A DNA stretch of 63,686 nucleotides, counting the filler, from Choristocarpus tenellus KU-1152 (lineage: Eukaryota > Protista > Phaeophyceae), in the NCBI GenBank assembly GCA_964200185.2. It is 12 parts of 12 records of this genome, joined end to end, with 100 filler letters (N's around TTAATTAATTAA, not from the genome) between each part and the next. Parts side by side here need not be neighbours in the genome. Positions count along the whole stretch, not along the records: positions 12,203 to 19,624 come from CAXNAD020006183.1; positions 19,725 to 28,129 come from CAXNAD020004751.1; 10 more parts are not named here. The stretch is one strand, 5' to 3'. The position numbers and the translations under genes are program-made. The first letter of the stretch is position 1, and every line of letters starts with the position of its first letter. The notes below the pieces were generated by a model. That model had not been told where the DNA came from, ran no database searches, and saw only the letters and a list, made by a program, of their open reading frames with translations. Positions 12,771-25,302 of the stretch are shown here, piece after piece.

Positions 12771-13159
12771 AAGCCAGAATAATTGAGAGGTAGGCAGATT
12801 TGTACTCTTTTGCATTCCAAACTGTCGATCTTACCCTGTGCAATACACTCTAACTCGTTGCTTTGTGTGTACTACATAGTGTACGCAAAAACAGCAGATT
12901 TCAAAAATTGAGGATGGAGCTTTTCATTGAGGATGGGCTTGACCCAAAATTGACTGGGAGAAAGTGTCGATATGTTTCTTTTAATTATAAAATTAAAAAT
13001 GTTGAAATCTGCTGTTTAAAGAAGATATCCCCCTTTACACATACAAAGTAACACCACAATTCAGTGAAGGCTCTTTACCCAATTTCACAAAATTGTTGCT
13101 CTTTGCCCTTTCTTGGATCCTTAAAATGCAACCTTGCGTACCCCTCAGTTGGTTTGCCC
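12771..13159 (-). mobile_element. MITE family B copy interrupted by a small TIR element
   Basis: Both halves match the reverse complement of family B. The insert lies at 12889-13017. Confidence 0.7.
12889..13017. mobile_element. ~130-bp MITE (family F) with 16-bp perfect TIRs
   Basis: AAACAGCAGATTTCAA (12889-12904) and TTGAAATCTGCTGTTT (13002-13017). A related end lies at 19725-19772 on the minus strand. Confidence 0.7.
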
Positions 13160-14110
13160 AAAGTGTGCGGAAGGTACACGAGAAACGGCAGTGTCTAAGG
13201 GTCTGCTACCACAAACCAGGTAGGTTCTATCACATCACCCTTGCTTGGTGTGGCATCTCTGTCTACTTTAACGTGTGTCTACCAAATTATGATACCCAAA
13301 ACACGGTTCATGTCCCACCAACTAATCGAAAATCTGTCGCGTGATGCGAATCAAAATGATATGCCGTAATTACGCAGTAACGGACCATACTTAAAAATGC
13401 CTTTTTAGAAAATAACCTTTACGTGTATGATATGTAGTGGTTGGGAGGAGTATATGATAAGTTTCTGTAAAAAGGAGATAATATATAAAAGAGAGGAAAA
13501 AAGAAACATTATTGTCGGGAAAATTGAAGATGGGAACTTGCCTCGTATAATACCCCATTTCTCTAACGTTTAAAGGGATCTTTTCGTGGTTTTTCTTATA
13601 AAAATCTATACAAGATACACAAAGAAGATGCGGTTCTTCTTGTCGAAATGGATATTAGAATTAAGATTCAAAATGAAAATATAGTTTTTGCGGTGATCCA
13701 TACAAGATACAAGATGGAAATGCGATTCTTCTTAGGAAGAGAAATATTAGTACAACCGAAGAATCTGTTCTTCTAATGAGGATCAATATAATAAGATCCC
13801 TCATCACGATTGGGGTTAAATTGTCCTTCCCCCCTTCTCTTCCAATGTTCAATGTTCAATGTTCAAGACACCGTCTCACCATTATTATTTGCTCAATACT
13901 TTAACCAGGTGTACGCAGTAACTTTGTCGACCAAGATTGATTGCCTTATCACCCAAAATAACAAAGTAAACACTCTCAATGACATAACAATAAAAAACAC
14001 GCAGATCACTACTGTGATCAAGTAAACAGTACCAGTACTGTCCTGCTCTTATCACAGCACCTACCTCTCTTCTCTCCTCTTCTTATTATTAGCAATTTTT
14101 TTCAGGAAAC

Positions 14111-17100
14111 ATGAAAACTGCGGGCCTACCCCCTGGCTGGTCCACGGGCACAGCTCCTGATGGCCGTGTCACGTGTGAGTGTTGAATTCAAAATAGGCAA
14201 AAATCGGAGGGAAAAAGGTGTTGCACTGACGAATTGCTGTGCAATCCGTGTGGAGACCGGAATTTTAGGTCCCTGGTTTCGCGAAATGTTTTGGCTCACA
14301 ATCTGCCCCCTACCCCCTAAAACATCGATTCTTCGTGTTCTTTCACCTTCCTATAGACATTAACCACGCCGATAAGACTACACATTGGGAGCCCCCACCT
14401 GCGTTCGGACCACCTGCGCAAGTGCCAGCTGTGTACACGTCACCCCAAACAGTGCCCCAGGTAGCTCCTGTGACACAACAGCCCCACCTTCAGGTAGGTT
14501 CGCCCAGTCGAGGGACTGAACAGCCGATCCCTTGCAGATATGTCGTTTCTGTACTCGTAGAGCACCTGGAAGGGAACCTTGCACCCAACTAGAAAAGTCA
14601 AGCTGAGATGGCCTATGCGATGTTAGACGCAATACTTGTACTATATCCCAATGCAGTAACAAACACCTCTTATAGAAATGGCCGTCGATGGTGGTTAACC
14701 AAGAATATAGATTTCTGTTGAAATGATACGACCCCCGTGAAATCCTCTTCTTTCGATTATAATAACAAAAGACGTTCATTTGGTCTAATGTCAGGTACAG
14801 CATGTGATGACTATGTCAATAGATGCAATTGGGATTGAGCCCCCCCCAGGCGCACCTCCTGGAGGGGTGTGGTCAGAGGTGAGAATACTCTCGAGTACAT
14901 CGAGCGACCCACTAGCTAGTTCAGGATTCTGCAAGCAAAAACTGTGAGCAACGATGTGCTTTGGGCACTGACTGAGTGCTGATGGGATTCCTTGACAGAC
15001 TCCCTGGGATTCTTCCATGGTTGGTAGAGCGCCTTGAGTCAAAGCAATGAGAGGTAGGCAAGGTTGTATTGTAAGGATCCCGAGACGCCATTTTGCACAA
15101 TTGCAGAAAGAGTCTTTGCTGAGAGTTGTGGTGTCACATTGTGCCTGGAAAGGGGGAAATATCAATTTTGTGTACGAGAAAACAAACTTAGAGATAAGCA
15201 GATTTGGACCCTTTTGCATTCTAACCCATATTTTCTTACTTTGTGCAATACCCTCTATTTCATTGCTTTATACAAACGATAGTGTACTCAAAGTTGGCAT
15301 TCCCTCATTCCGAACATAAAGTGACACCACAATTCGACAAAGGCTCTTTTCTGCAATTGTACCAAATGTCGACTTTTTGCCCTCTTTCTCTGTATCCTTG
15401 AATACAACCCTCCCTAAATCTCAATTGGTTTGGCTCATGATGTACTTTGTACATCTTCATTATGCCATCGATATTAATCATTCTACTTGAAACGAGGAGA
15501 TGTGCAATTTTGCCTTGTTGCAGGCAATACAATTTTTTGAAAAGCAGTGTTGTAGATGCTAGTTTAATCCAACAATGGAGTTATAGAGCGATATCAAGCT
15601 TATATGGAGGATCATTATTTTCTCCCTTATATCACAATATATGATCACACATCATTCTTCTTTCAAAACAAAATCACAGTAAACGATAAATGCTTGAGTA
15701 TCGTTTTTTCTCCTCTCGCGCTTACGCATACGCAGAGTTATTAAATGCTTTGTAATATATGCGCATTTTTGTTTGCCCAGTGTCACTTGTCAAGATTGAT
15801 GTATAACCCACACCCCCTTATCGAAGAACACACAATAGGAACCTGGACAATGTAGTAGTTGTATATATGTTACCATTAGTAGTGCTTGAAGTAGTAGTTA
15901 GTGTTTTCTACAACCATACTAAAGCGAGACATAGCCCTTAGATTGTAATCTAGTGCAGCCAGTGCATACACACTTCCAACAGGAGGTGCTGGAATTCCGT
16001 ATCTTGGGCTGTGGATCGGATGAGCGCGTCTCCACACTCACAAATGCAGAGAAGTAGTCCTATATAAATATATGTTCAATTCCCCATAAACTATAGAGAA
16101 AATGATGTTAAATCTGCTCTGTTGCCTGACTGAGAATGAAAGAAGAGGGGTATAATGGGTCGCACTCCTTACGCGCTATTGATACTTTTTGCATTGATGG
16201 TTGGAAACATGCGTAGTAGGGATCCATTTACTGTGTTGTACTGTACCCTGAGTAGTTCTCATTTTTCCTCAAAACAGTATCGTCGTGATCAAATTGTATC
16301 ACTGAAGTGGAGGAGTCCTGCGGCAAGGAAATAATGCTTCTACAAAGTTTTGAGTTGTTAGTTTTAGATGGTTGATTCATCTATGATGTTGATGATTGCC
16401 ATGTTTAAAGAGTGCGTGATGTTTTCGAACAAAAATGGCCAGTGAAGTGTGTCCCGTTTCGAGTAGTGAAAGCATGTATCAGCGACCTGACATTTTTAAC
16501 TTCAAACACAAGATTTACAGGCAAAATAGGAACAGATGTATTATATTTGTTCTTTATTGGCAGGTTTGCATCTATCTGTTTTCCTCTCAAGGTGATCAAA
16601 TAAAGTCAACGGAGTGTGAGTGAATGAAACGGTATGGTATTTTTGTGGGGCAGTTGACCCCTGCAGCTTGTGAATTGCATTTATCCCCCTCAGAGCAGAG
16701 AAACAAAATGAGAGATGCTTTGATCCTGTAAAACTACAAACTTTTCTTCTTGAGAGAGAGCATGGGGAGAGTTGCTTCATGTACTTGTGCCGTTTGCAGA
16801 TGTTGTCTCCTTGTTGAACTGGTGGTAGGCAAGGCAGTTAAGTCACTTGCAATGTTGTGGACCTTATCACCCCACCGCAATTCTATTGCTTGTTTTCCGA
16901 ACAGTGTTGATGTTTGCACACAGTTGATCACAATATGGATGGATAATACGACACTAAAGCCTCACCTTGTTTCCTGTCCACCATACCATTAACACCCTAG
17001 CTGGTCGGAATTGAAGTAAGACTCCAGTGTGTGGCCTGTTTATACACATGTCTCTGCCACCAGATTTCGGAGCACCACGTGTACCATAACGTTTTCACAG

Positions 17101-17376
17101 TGAGGGGCAGTTGCACATGCTCAACCTTGTTATTGGCCTCCTGTGTACGGTTTTGAAGAGTACTTCGAAAACTCTTGCAGTAGGTGTGCATGTTGAGATG
17201 ATCAAGAATACCATATATATTTCTCATCGTCTCATAGCAACTTTCTATTCCTTCCCCTGACTTGCTTCCTTTATTGTGCTCTTCTGTGTACAGGTCCACT
17301 TCTGTGGTCCTATCAGCTGGATTATTGCTTGTTTTGGAGGTGGAATCTTCGTGCTCTTCTGTCCATGCGACAGGAG
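14111..17376 (+). CDS. WW-domain, proline-rich protein with a Cys-rich hydrophobic C-terminal segment (exons 14111-14174, 14357-14493, 14795-14878, 17294-17376+)
   Basis: Spliced product: MKTAGLPPGWSTGTAPDGRVT|YINHADKTTHWEPPPAF... (canonical WW: LPxGW...GRxxYxNHxxxxTxWxxP), then ...IEPPPGAPPGGVWSE|VHFCGPISWIIACFGGGIFVLFCPCDRR. Phases 1/0/0 are consistent with GT-AG sites. The 3' end is uncertain. Confidence 0.8.
15036..15436. mobile_element. Family B copy (15178-15436, minus) nested in a truncated family B copy (from 15036, plus), in intron 3 of the WW gene
   Basis: The outer copy begins GAGTCAAAGCAATGAGAGGTAGG. The inner 259-bp copy is flanked by ACGA/ATGA (4-bp TSD with one CpG transition). 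Confidence 0.65.
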
Positions 17377-19536
17377 GCGAGTTTTCGAAAACTGTAGACT
17401 CCCGTTAGAAATAGGAACAGATCAATCGTCAAATTTTACGATTGCCTTACCACTCAGGATGCGCTCTTACCCTCAAAAAAAAAAATTATATGTATGTAAG
17501 TTAGGTCTGTAACAAACGCAGACGCTATCCCTTATGTCTCATCATATTTCATGCTTCTACAATCTAAAGTGCAAGTGTAACATAGTTCAAAAGTGCTTAC
17601 TCTTAACAGAGACCTTATAACAGCAGCACTAACAGCATCTTGGGGACAAACCTCACAAAGGATCTTAGATAGTATTCCACATTTTAAGCATGTTTGGAAC
17701 TGGAAGAAGCAGTGGCTGAAATGGGTCTGTTGTTGCTGTTCCTCGATCCTTTCCCCTCAATTCAGTTTGTTTACTGGTGCATTGTGATGAGATGAGTCCA
17801 GTATAATTATTGAAATCATCTAGAAAAAATGACCTCCAAGAGAGGAGTGCACGGTAAATACCTCCCTTTTGTTTGCGACTCACTGAGTGCAATTATAGAA
17901 TAAAACCTTGAATTTTGTGCTGTAAGATAGAACCCCAACAGGAAAATTGAGGACTAAAACTTAATATTTTCCTGTTCATCATACGTCGCATTCATTGGGA
18001 CCATGCAAGAATTTTCTGCCATAAATTGGTTCCCATTTTGGTCCTGCGTAAGCCTCACCTACTTCCATAAGAACAGTACGTAGTCGATCAATTTTTACAT
18101 TTTTCGTATCGGCTAAAAAGTCAATAGCGATATCATTATTTTTTTATTGAGCAAATGTCTCGCACCTCAATAACATACAGAGTACTCTGGATTATATTTC
18201 CTAAGTGACACAAGAGATGCCCAAAAATTTCTCATGGTGAATTGTGATAGAAAAATGGATCGCAGGATCTGATTCAGGATGAGTTGCCTGTATTCCTCGG
18301 AATGTCCCGATCATCCTTTTGATTCCTATGTAGTACATCCACTAATCAAATGTTCCTCACGAAAGATACACAAGTACAACTATCACACACACTCACACAC
18401 ATCGCCGATATCCGTGTTATTCTGCTGCATTGAACCAGGTTGTTATACGTTGTGCACGGCCAAAAGTACAACCAATCTGGAGTCCTTGTGAGATGATGTC
18501 AACTGAGGGAGGCCAAGACATTTTCGACAAGAACATGCCATCAAAATTTCATACTTCTTTATTAGCAAATCTATGTAGGCGGTTAGGAACAGTCGTTTCA
18601 ACCAGCTAACTATATCTATGCCCAAGGTGCGTGATGCACAGGGTGGTTAACTGATTTATCTAGCCTGACCTGAACGCGATAACAGCATATATAGTGGTAG
18701 GTTCGCTCATATTCGTAATGCATTTCCCTTGGTCTAGAAGCCCTATGATGGGATATTATCCTCACTAACGACCGTCTTCTGTTGTTTTGAAGTGAGACCT
18801 TTGCGGGTGATAGATCCTAAAAAATGAGTTATTCTTTTAGTGTATATTGTAACCGTATGATGTATTTACAAGTAAATATTTGCATTTAACATTTGATCTC
18901 CCCTGTGTGCTGTAGCGACTCTGACATAATCTGCTCTTGTGCTTTAATTTGGTTTTATTCTTGGGTATATTCCTGTCCGTAAGATGTATTCAATGTATTG
19001 TTCAGTGGTACAATACGCAATAATATAATTGTAACAACTTTTTTTATGGACAACAAAGACTACATGGTGCTCACTAAATTCTCTTATATGTATATTTCTC
19101 TCTCCCATAACATCTACAAAAATGTTCGTAGGTTATGAACAAGCAGGAAGGCGAAAAGAACAAATAATAGATGTATGTCGTTGACATCTCCTTTCAGAGT
19201 GTAGGAATGTTCAATTGGGTAGCAAGGGTTCAAAGTGTCAGTGAGTAAGAAGTATAATATTTTCAGTGGTGTGAACCAGCAGATCGATGAAGACGAATAG
19301 TAAGTGTTACGTTATGCTATCAGAGTGCTTTTAGAGAGGATGCAAAAACAATGCCTAATTGGGTGATGGCAAGGCTTAATAAAAATCCCGAAAGAGGTTA
19401 AACTCAATCGATGAAAGAAAACATTGACCCCTCCCCCCCCCAGATAAGGGAGAATACACACAAATAGCTTGCTGTGTCTGAAGATGTGTGTTTGCCAAGG
19501 TAGACTCATCGAAAGAGTGATGTGGCAAGGGTATAC

Positions 19537-19624
19537 TGTTACAGGCGAGTAGCGCGAGTATTTCTTCCCGTGCTTTGACTGGCGCGAGCAGTATACGTGC
19601 GTGGGGAACCCCAAAAGGGGGAAC
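19537..19624 (+). mobile_element. 5' end of an LTR (TGTTACAGGCGAGTAGCGCGAGTATTTCTTCC), cut by linker
   Basis: Same start as 24899 and 62486. Confidence 0.6.
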
Positions 19625-20482
19625 NNNNNNNNNNNNNNNNNNNNNNNNNNNNNNNNNNNNNNNNNNNNTTAATTAATTAANNNNNNNNNNNNNNNNNNNN
19701 NNNNNNNNNNNNNNNNNNNNNNNNACCATCCTCATAGTCCCGCTCCATCCTCAATTTTGCGAATCCACTGTTTAGACAAAACATTTAGAAGTTGAGCTGG
19801 AGGTAACATGGATGGACAAATCGTGATGTAAGGGAGTCTTCCAACACAGTTCCAGAGTTACGGAGTAGAACAGGCTTTCGATATTGGCAGTATATGTTCT
19901 GTGTCCAATGCAGTAATGTTCCATGAGGATGTATGAGTAGCTTCAAACCGTTGTTTCAGGTGTGCTTTGTGTCGAAGCACTGAGATATCTCTTCTTGCAA
20001 ATGCCGTTCTGGAAACAGGAAGCTCCTTGGTAGCATCATGGTATCGCTTTGGAGGAGGAGTGCCATATCTACAATCTAGTTGTATGGGTATACCTTCATA
20101 ACACCTTAAAGGAGGAGTACTACCTCTACACTCTCGTTTATGGACTGATTGGGCAAGGTGGGAAATGCTAGGAGAACCGAAGTAGGTCCCAGAAAATAGG
20201 TTGAGTACAAATACGGTGCATAGATGGTAAAGGGTAGGCTAGTCCATCATCAAGAACATGGTGGTATGTTATGTAGTAGTGTGTCTGTTGACGAAGATGG
20301 AGACTACCCACACTCCCTGCTATCCCATTGGATGCTACCTTATGGTTGCAATCATCATGAGAAATATACAGGTGCCCGCGAAATAGGGTTAGAGAGATGT
20401 ACGATTGGTAGGAACCTTAGAGTTGACCTTAAGCTCAGTAACATTCCTGTCAATTGCAGGAAGATGCGGATAACCATTTATT

Positions 20483-20915
20483 GAGTCAAAGCATCTTAGA
20501 GGGTAGAGCCGTGTCCGTTTGGGGACCAAAATCCAATGTCCCGATTGACCCAAAGTATCTGGGAGGGGGAGGGGGTCTACACCAGGGTGTCCATTTGGTC
20601 AGGAAAAGTGCATTTACATTATCTATCCGACGTATGCAACCAAATAACCCAAAAATCGCGACATAAAAAAATTGACCCCAAATGGACAGCCGCCACCCCC
20701 TCCCAGATACTTTGAGCCATTTTGACGTAATTTTGGCTATTGTGTTTGTTAGGAAGTGTCAATATCCTCGTTCCGGAAATACCTTTTCGTAACGTACACA
20801 TTTTACCTACTCCAAAACATTTCGGAGTAGGAAAATGTCATAAATAACTCGTGGGAAGCCAAGCCCCAAATGGACAAACAAGGCAAAACTCGTACGCTCT
20901 ACGATACTTTCACTT
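20483..20915 (+). mobile_element. MITE family A (TSD ATT) carrying a nested family D copy
   Basis: GAGTCAAAGCATCTTAGAGGGTAG ... GATACTTTCACTT, with ATT on both sides. Confidence 0.85.
20547..20718 (-). mobile_element. MITE family D (172 bp, poly-G TIRs), TSD ATT
   Basis: GACCCAAAGTATCTGGGAGGGG ... CCCCCTCCCAGATACTTTGAGCC. Removing it and one ATT restores the family A consensus CGATTTTGA. Confidence 0.85.
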
Positions 20916-21138
20916 ATTGGGAGTTGCACATTAACCTTGGGTTGGTATATATACACGGAGAGAGCTCTATGCAGTGTCTAGAATGGGAAGTGCAGGTTTG
21001 CCTTAAATAAATATATACTCCAGTGTAAGATATTTAGCGTTTATTGTTCGTTGTGTTCTATTGCAAACACTCCAGGATCGGATGTTGTTATATTCTTCGT
21101 GTTTTCTAACGTATCCTTTTTCCCTGCTGGCGATTTTT

Positions 21139-21662
21139 GAGTCAAAGTAAGAGAGAGGTATCCAGGTTTTGGCCGTTTTGTATTTTAAATACGTTTTTCA
21201 ATCTTACGCGATTCACCCATATTTCTATGGATGAAGTGCTAAGTTTGACTTGAGAGCACGGATTTCTCTATTGTTTCAAGACTTTTTGACAGAATTCAGA
21301 AAAGAGTCAAAGTATCTTAGAGGGTAGTGCCGCGTCCATTTGGGGGCCAAAATCCAATGTTGCGATTTTGTTGTAATTTTGGCTATCGTGTCTGTCAAGA
21401 AGTGTCAATATCCTTGTTCCAGACACACCTTTTCATAACGCACACATTTTACCTACTCCGACACATTTTGGAGTTGGAAAATGTCATGAAAAAAAACATG
21501 GGAAGCCAAGCCCTAAATGGACAAACAGGGCAAAACTCGTACCCTCTAAGATACTTTCACTCAAAGATCCTACATGCATTTGTGAAAAAAGCCAAATTTT
21601 GGACACATACTTGTTAGCATCACCAAAATACAACTATGGGTACTTCTCGCGTACTTTGACTC
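21139..21662 (+). mobile_element. MITE family C (TSD TTT) carrying a nested family A copy
   Basis: GAGTCAAAGTAAGAGAGAGGTATCC ... GTACTTTGACTC. The two halves align with 41005-41264. Confidence 0.8.
21304..21562 (+). mobile_element. MITE family A (259 bp), TSD AAA
   Basis: GAGTCAAAGTATCTTAGAGGGTAG ... TACCCTCTAAGATACTTTCACTC. The empty-site alignment with other C copies supports a 3-bp duplication. Confidence 0.9.
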
Positions 21663-23205
21663 TTTGCTAAATGTTACGGGAATAAAATACTATATTTATG
21701 GTAATATTATATTATACTTCAATATATATTTATCAGGCGTTTGTGTCCCATTCCTGTTACTGTGTGCATAACTCTGAACATAGGACTCATACACCCCACA
21801 AATATAGACTGTCTCTGCCAGTTGAAGTAGTCGACTACAATGCGGCCCATATGTAATTTCTGAAGATGACATGCGAGATTTCATTAGTGGAAAACAGTGA
21901 GTGATGGTAGCGTACGGTGAACGGTAAATGAAGGCCGGATGTTGTGTGTAGTGACCAGACACAGGAAGAAAACATCCCAACACTTGAACGTAACACCTCA
22001 TTGTAAATTTTGCAAATAATAGTAAAAAGTAAAAAAAAAAACACTTTTTTCCAGTATTTTTGACAGGTCATTGTTCCTCCACGACTTTGTCCTTTCGTAA
22101 GAGATGAGAGATATGTAAGGAGAACCTATACGATAATTAATGTTTTCCGTTCTCTTCCTGACAATGCACCGGAAGAGTCTCATGTGCACCATATATGTCC
22201 CCATCCAACCTCAAGATCAACAATTCTCCTATAATACCCTGTCCCCTCTACCATACCCTACCCTGCCTCTGGTTCGCCACTGAGACACCTATCAGCACAG
22301 GAGTTTCCACTTCAGGTTCAGATGGTCCTGATGCAGTTATTTGCACATATCCTTAATCTGCTGATGTGAAAACGATGACAAAATGATTCTTGTACTGGTT
22401 CGGCTGTGTCATTCGCTTCCTCAATGAGTATGAAAACGAGATGATAACCCGACAAGCATGGACAACCTTGCTGGGAGGACCCAAACCCCTAAAAGACTGT
22501 TGCCTGATTGCCAGAATGACTTTTGGCTTTGTAGTCGATGCAATTGTGACACACCCGTCCCACGGCCGTTCAGCCCTTGTCACCGTGTTGATCTTTCCCA
22601 AATTAATTTTGATGTTGTGTAACACTCATTCTTAGCACTTGGCCATAGTTGGGAGTGTTATGCAGTCAACCTCATGGTTAATCAGTTACATTAGGGGTAT
22701 GTGTTGTGATCGGATAATTACCCATGTATTGTTTTATAGTTCACTTCGACTTGATAGTCCTCATGACGATGTTTCCATCCCATATTGGTGAGGTGGAGAC
22801 AATTGGGACAGCCAATAATTGATCGCTCAATCATCTGTGTCGAACGTTGCATATCAAAAGGGTGCAAGATGGGATGACCGATTCTCTTTACTGAAAATTC
22901 ATTGTCCAGGGAAGGAAGGGCTTGTGTGTGGTCTTCTATTGGAAACAGTCATACTCACTGAGAGACTGACAGGTTTTGGACGTTATTAATTGTATTCCTT
23001 TTTGACCCCCTACGCAATGTGCTCTATTTTCATCTTTTACGTGTAAAGTAGAAGTCCCCAAAAATGAAGATATCGAACACTACAGACGAGAGACTGATAA
23101 AAAAATTTAACCACATTGACGAGTTTTTGCCATAATTTATGAGGATCCTAACAATGCAACCGTGGATAACTTTCGGTTAGTATGACAAAACCATGGTTGC
23201 TTATT

Positions 23206-23462
23206 GAGCCAAAGTATCTTAGAGGGTAGAGCCCCGTCCATTTATGGGTCAAAACTCAATGTTGCGATTTTGATGTAATTTTGGCTATCGTGTTTGTTAG
23301 GAAGTGTCAATATTCTTGTTTGGACACATCTTTTCATGACGTATACATTTCACCTACTCCGAAACATTTTGGAATAGGAAAATATCACAAAAAAGCCCAT
23401 GGGAAGCCAAGCCCAAACGGACCAACAGGGCAAAACTCGTACCCTCTAAGATACTTTTACTC
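23206..23462 (+). mobile_element. MITE family A (257 bp), TSD ATT
   Basis: GAGCCAAAGTATCTTAGAGGGTAG ... AGATACTTTTACTC. Confidence 0.9.
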
Positions 23463-23485
23463 ATTTCTCGATATATCTCTTTATA

Positions 23486-23749
23486 GAGCCAAACCGATCA
23501 AGAGGTGTGCAGGGCTGCTTTTCAAGGATCCTGACAAAGGGAAAAAATAAGTCATTTTGTACAATTGGAGAAGAGCAATTGCTGAATTTTGGTGTTATTT
23601 TGTGTGTGGAAAGGAGGAATATGAATTTTCCGTACATTATTGTGCATATAAAGCAATGAAATAGAGTGTGTACATACTGCACAAAGTATGAAAGATGGCT
23701 TAGAATGCAAAAGGGTCCAAACCTGCCCACCTCTCAATTGATTTGGCTT
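23486..23749 (+). mobile_element. MITE family B (264 bp)
   Basis: GAGCCAAACCGATCAAGAGGTG ... CCTCTCAATTGATTTGGCTT. Confidence 0.8.
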
Positions 23750-23994
23750 GTAGTAACTCATCTATCCAGAGGGGGGGAGGGGGCGGGGTGACCATTCGCT
23801 GTCGTAGTTTGGAAACCTCACGAGGTATACGACTTGAGGAATGTGAAGGAACAACACCATGATTTGTCTAGGCACACAGATGGGTCGGACGCTTTTTGCC
23901 AAGAATGGTTGTGTTTGTCTTCATTATCCATATCATAGTCGTGAGTGTGAAAACTATATATCGGGAAGGAGGAGAGCGACACATGACTGCTGAA

Positions 23995-24174
23995 GGTTCA
24001 AATTATCTGGGAGGGGGTGGCGGCTGTCCATTTGGGGTCAATTTTTCATGTCGCTATTTTTGGGTGATTTGGTTGCATATGTCGGATGGATAGTGTACTA
24101 CACACTTTTCCTGATTTTGACCCAAATGGACACCCTGGTGTAGACCTCCCCCCCCCCGCCAAATAATTTGGGTC
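23995..24174 (+). mobile_element. MITE family D (180 bp), TSD TGAA
   Basis: GGTTCAAATTATCTGGGAGGGGG ... AATAATTTGGGTC, flanked by TGAA on both sides. Confidence 0.85.
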
Positions 24175-24239
24175 TGAAGTCTATCTGGGCTTGCTATGTA
24201 GTGAGGGGGGAGGGGGGGGAGTAAGGATCTTGAAGGCTT

Positions 24240-24686
24240 GAGCCAGAGTGAACGAGAGGTACCCAGGTTTGACCGTTTTAGATTATAGACCAGTTTTTCA
24301 AACTTCTGTAATTCACCCATATTTCTATGGATATTGCTACGTGATAGAACATTAGCAAACTCTACTGTCATGGAATTGAATACCGGCATGCTACATGGTT
24401 ACACATACGTCAACCCCGCCAGGATACACAACCTCCCATTAGAAAATGCCCCGCCGAAGTTGGTCGCTGATCAGAGGGATAGCAACCCTCGGGCGAAACC
24501 TCATTAGTAATTGCTAGTGTTCTAACACTTAAGTTTGGCTTGAGAGAGTTGATTTCTCTATTGTTTGAAGCGTTTGGACGTGATTCGGAAAATGTCCTAT
24601 TCGCATTTCAAAAAACGCTGAATTTTGGACATATTCGCCAGTATCCTTAAAATGTCACTGCAGGTACCTCTCGTTTACTTTGACTC
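24240..24686 (+). mobile_element. MITE family C (TSD CTT) with a nested TA-targeting MITE
   Basis: GAGCCAGAGTGAACGAGAGGTACCC ... GTACCTCTCGTTTACTTTGACTC. Confidence 0.8.
24340..24529. mobile_element. Tc1/mariner-like MITE (~190 bp), TA duplication
   Basis: GTGATAGAACATTAGCAA and TTGCTAGTGTTCTAACAC form a 16/18 inverted match, with TA on both sides at a position where intact C copies have a single TA. Confidence 0.65.
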
Positions 24687-24898
24687 CTTTTTCTGGAAAG
24701 CATGGTTGCCTATTTTTCAATATATTCTCGATAGTCACTTGTCTACTCAGAGGGGAGGGGAAGGGTGAGCCAGTAGCTGCCCATCAGCCACCTGTTTGGA
24801 CTTCTACTCACTACAGGACATATTTGTCCATGTCTCGTCTATCTTTGTTTTTCCCTTTGATTTCTACACAATGCAGTTGGTAGGGACAGTACTGCCAT

Positions 24899-25302
24899 TG
24901 TTACAGGCGAATAGCGCAAGTATTTCTTCCGGGTAAGCTTTTGGAGCTTGCTGTAAACACCATCTCCCTGTCTAGCGTATGTTTGTAGACAAGAGGAGGT
25001 TAAAGGGGGAGGGAACTTGAGGAAGTCACTAACCTACTCACGTGTTCGAATGCTTTTCCTTGAGCTGAGTTATAGTTAATTGTGATTGGCCACTGTGCAC
25101 CTCACAATGTATACAATTTTGCGTCTCGGGGAGGTTCCTCTCGGCGATTTGCTAAAGCACCCTAATGGGTGTGACGTTTTGTTGCTGAGAAGGGTTTTCT
25201 TTGTTTATTTACAATTCGGGGTCATGAGTGTGGCAATTCCATCTCTGGAGGGAAGAAGGGTAGGCCCACACAGTTGAAGAGAGGAGGTAACCCCTTCTGA
25301 CA
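24899..25302 (+). mobile_element. Probable degraded solo LTR
   Basis: Starts TGTTACAGGCGAATAGCGCAAGTATTTCTTCC like 19537 and 62486. The 3' end (…TGACA) and TSD are uncertain. Confidence 0.4.

Noticed and set aside
21327-21617. Family of similar short ORFs (...GQTGQNSYPLRYF) at 21327, 23281, 28667 and 29907
   Set aside because: Translations of non-coding MITE A copies; starts and frames are not conserved.
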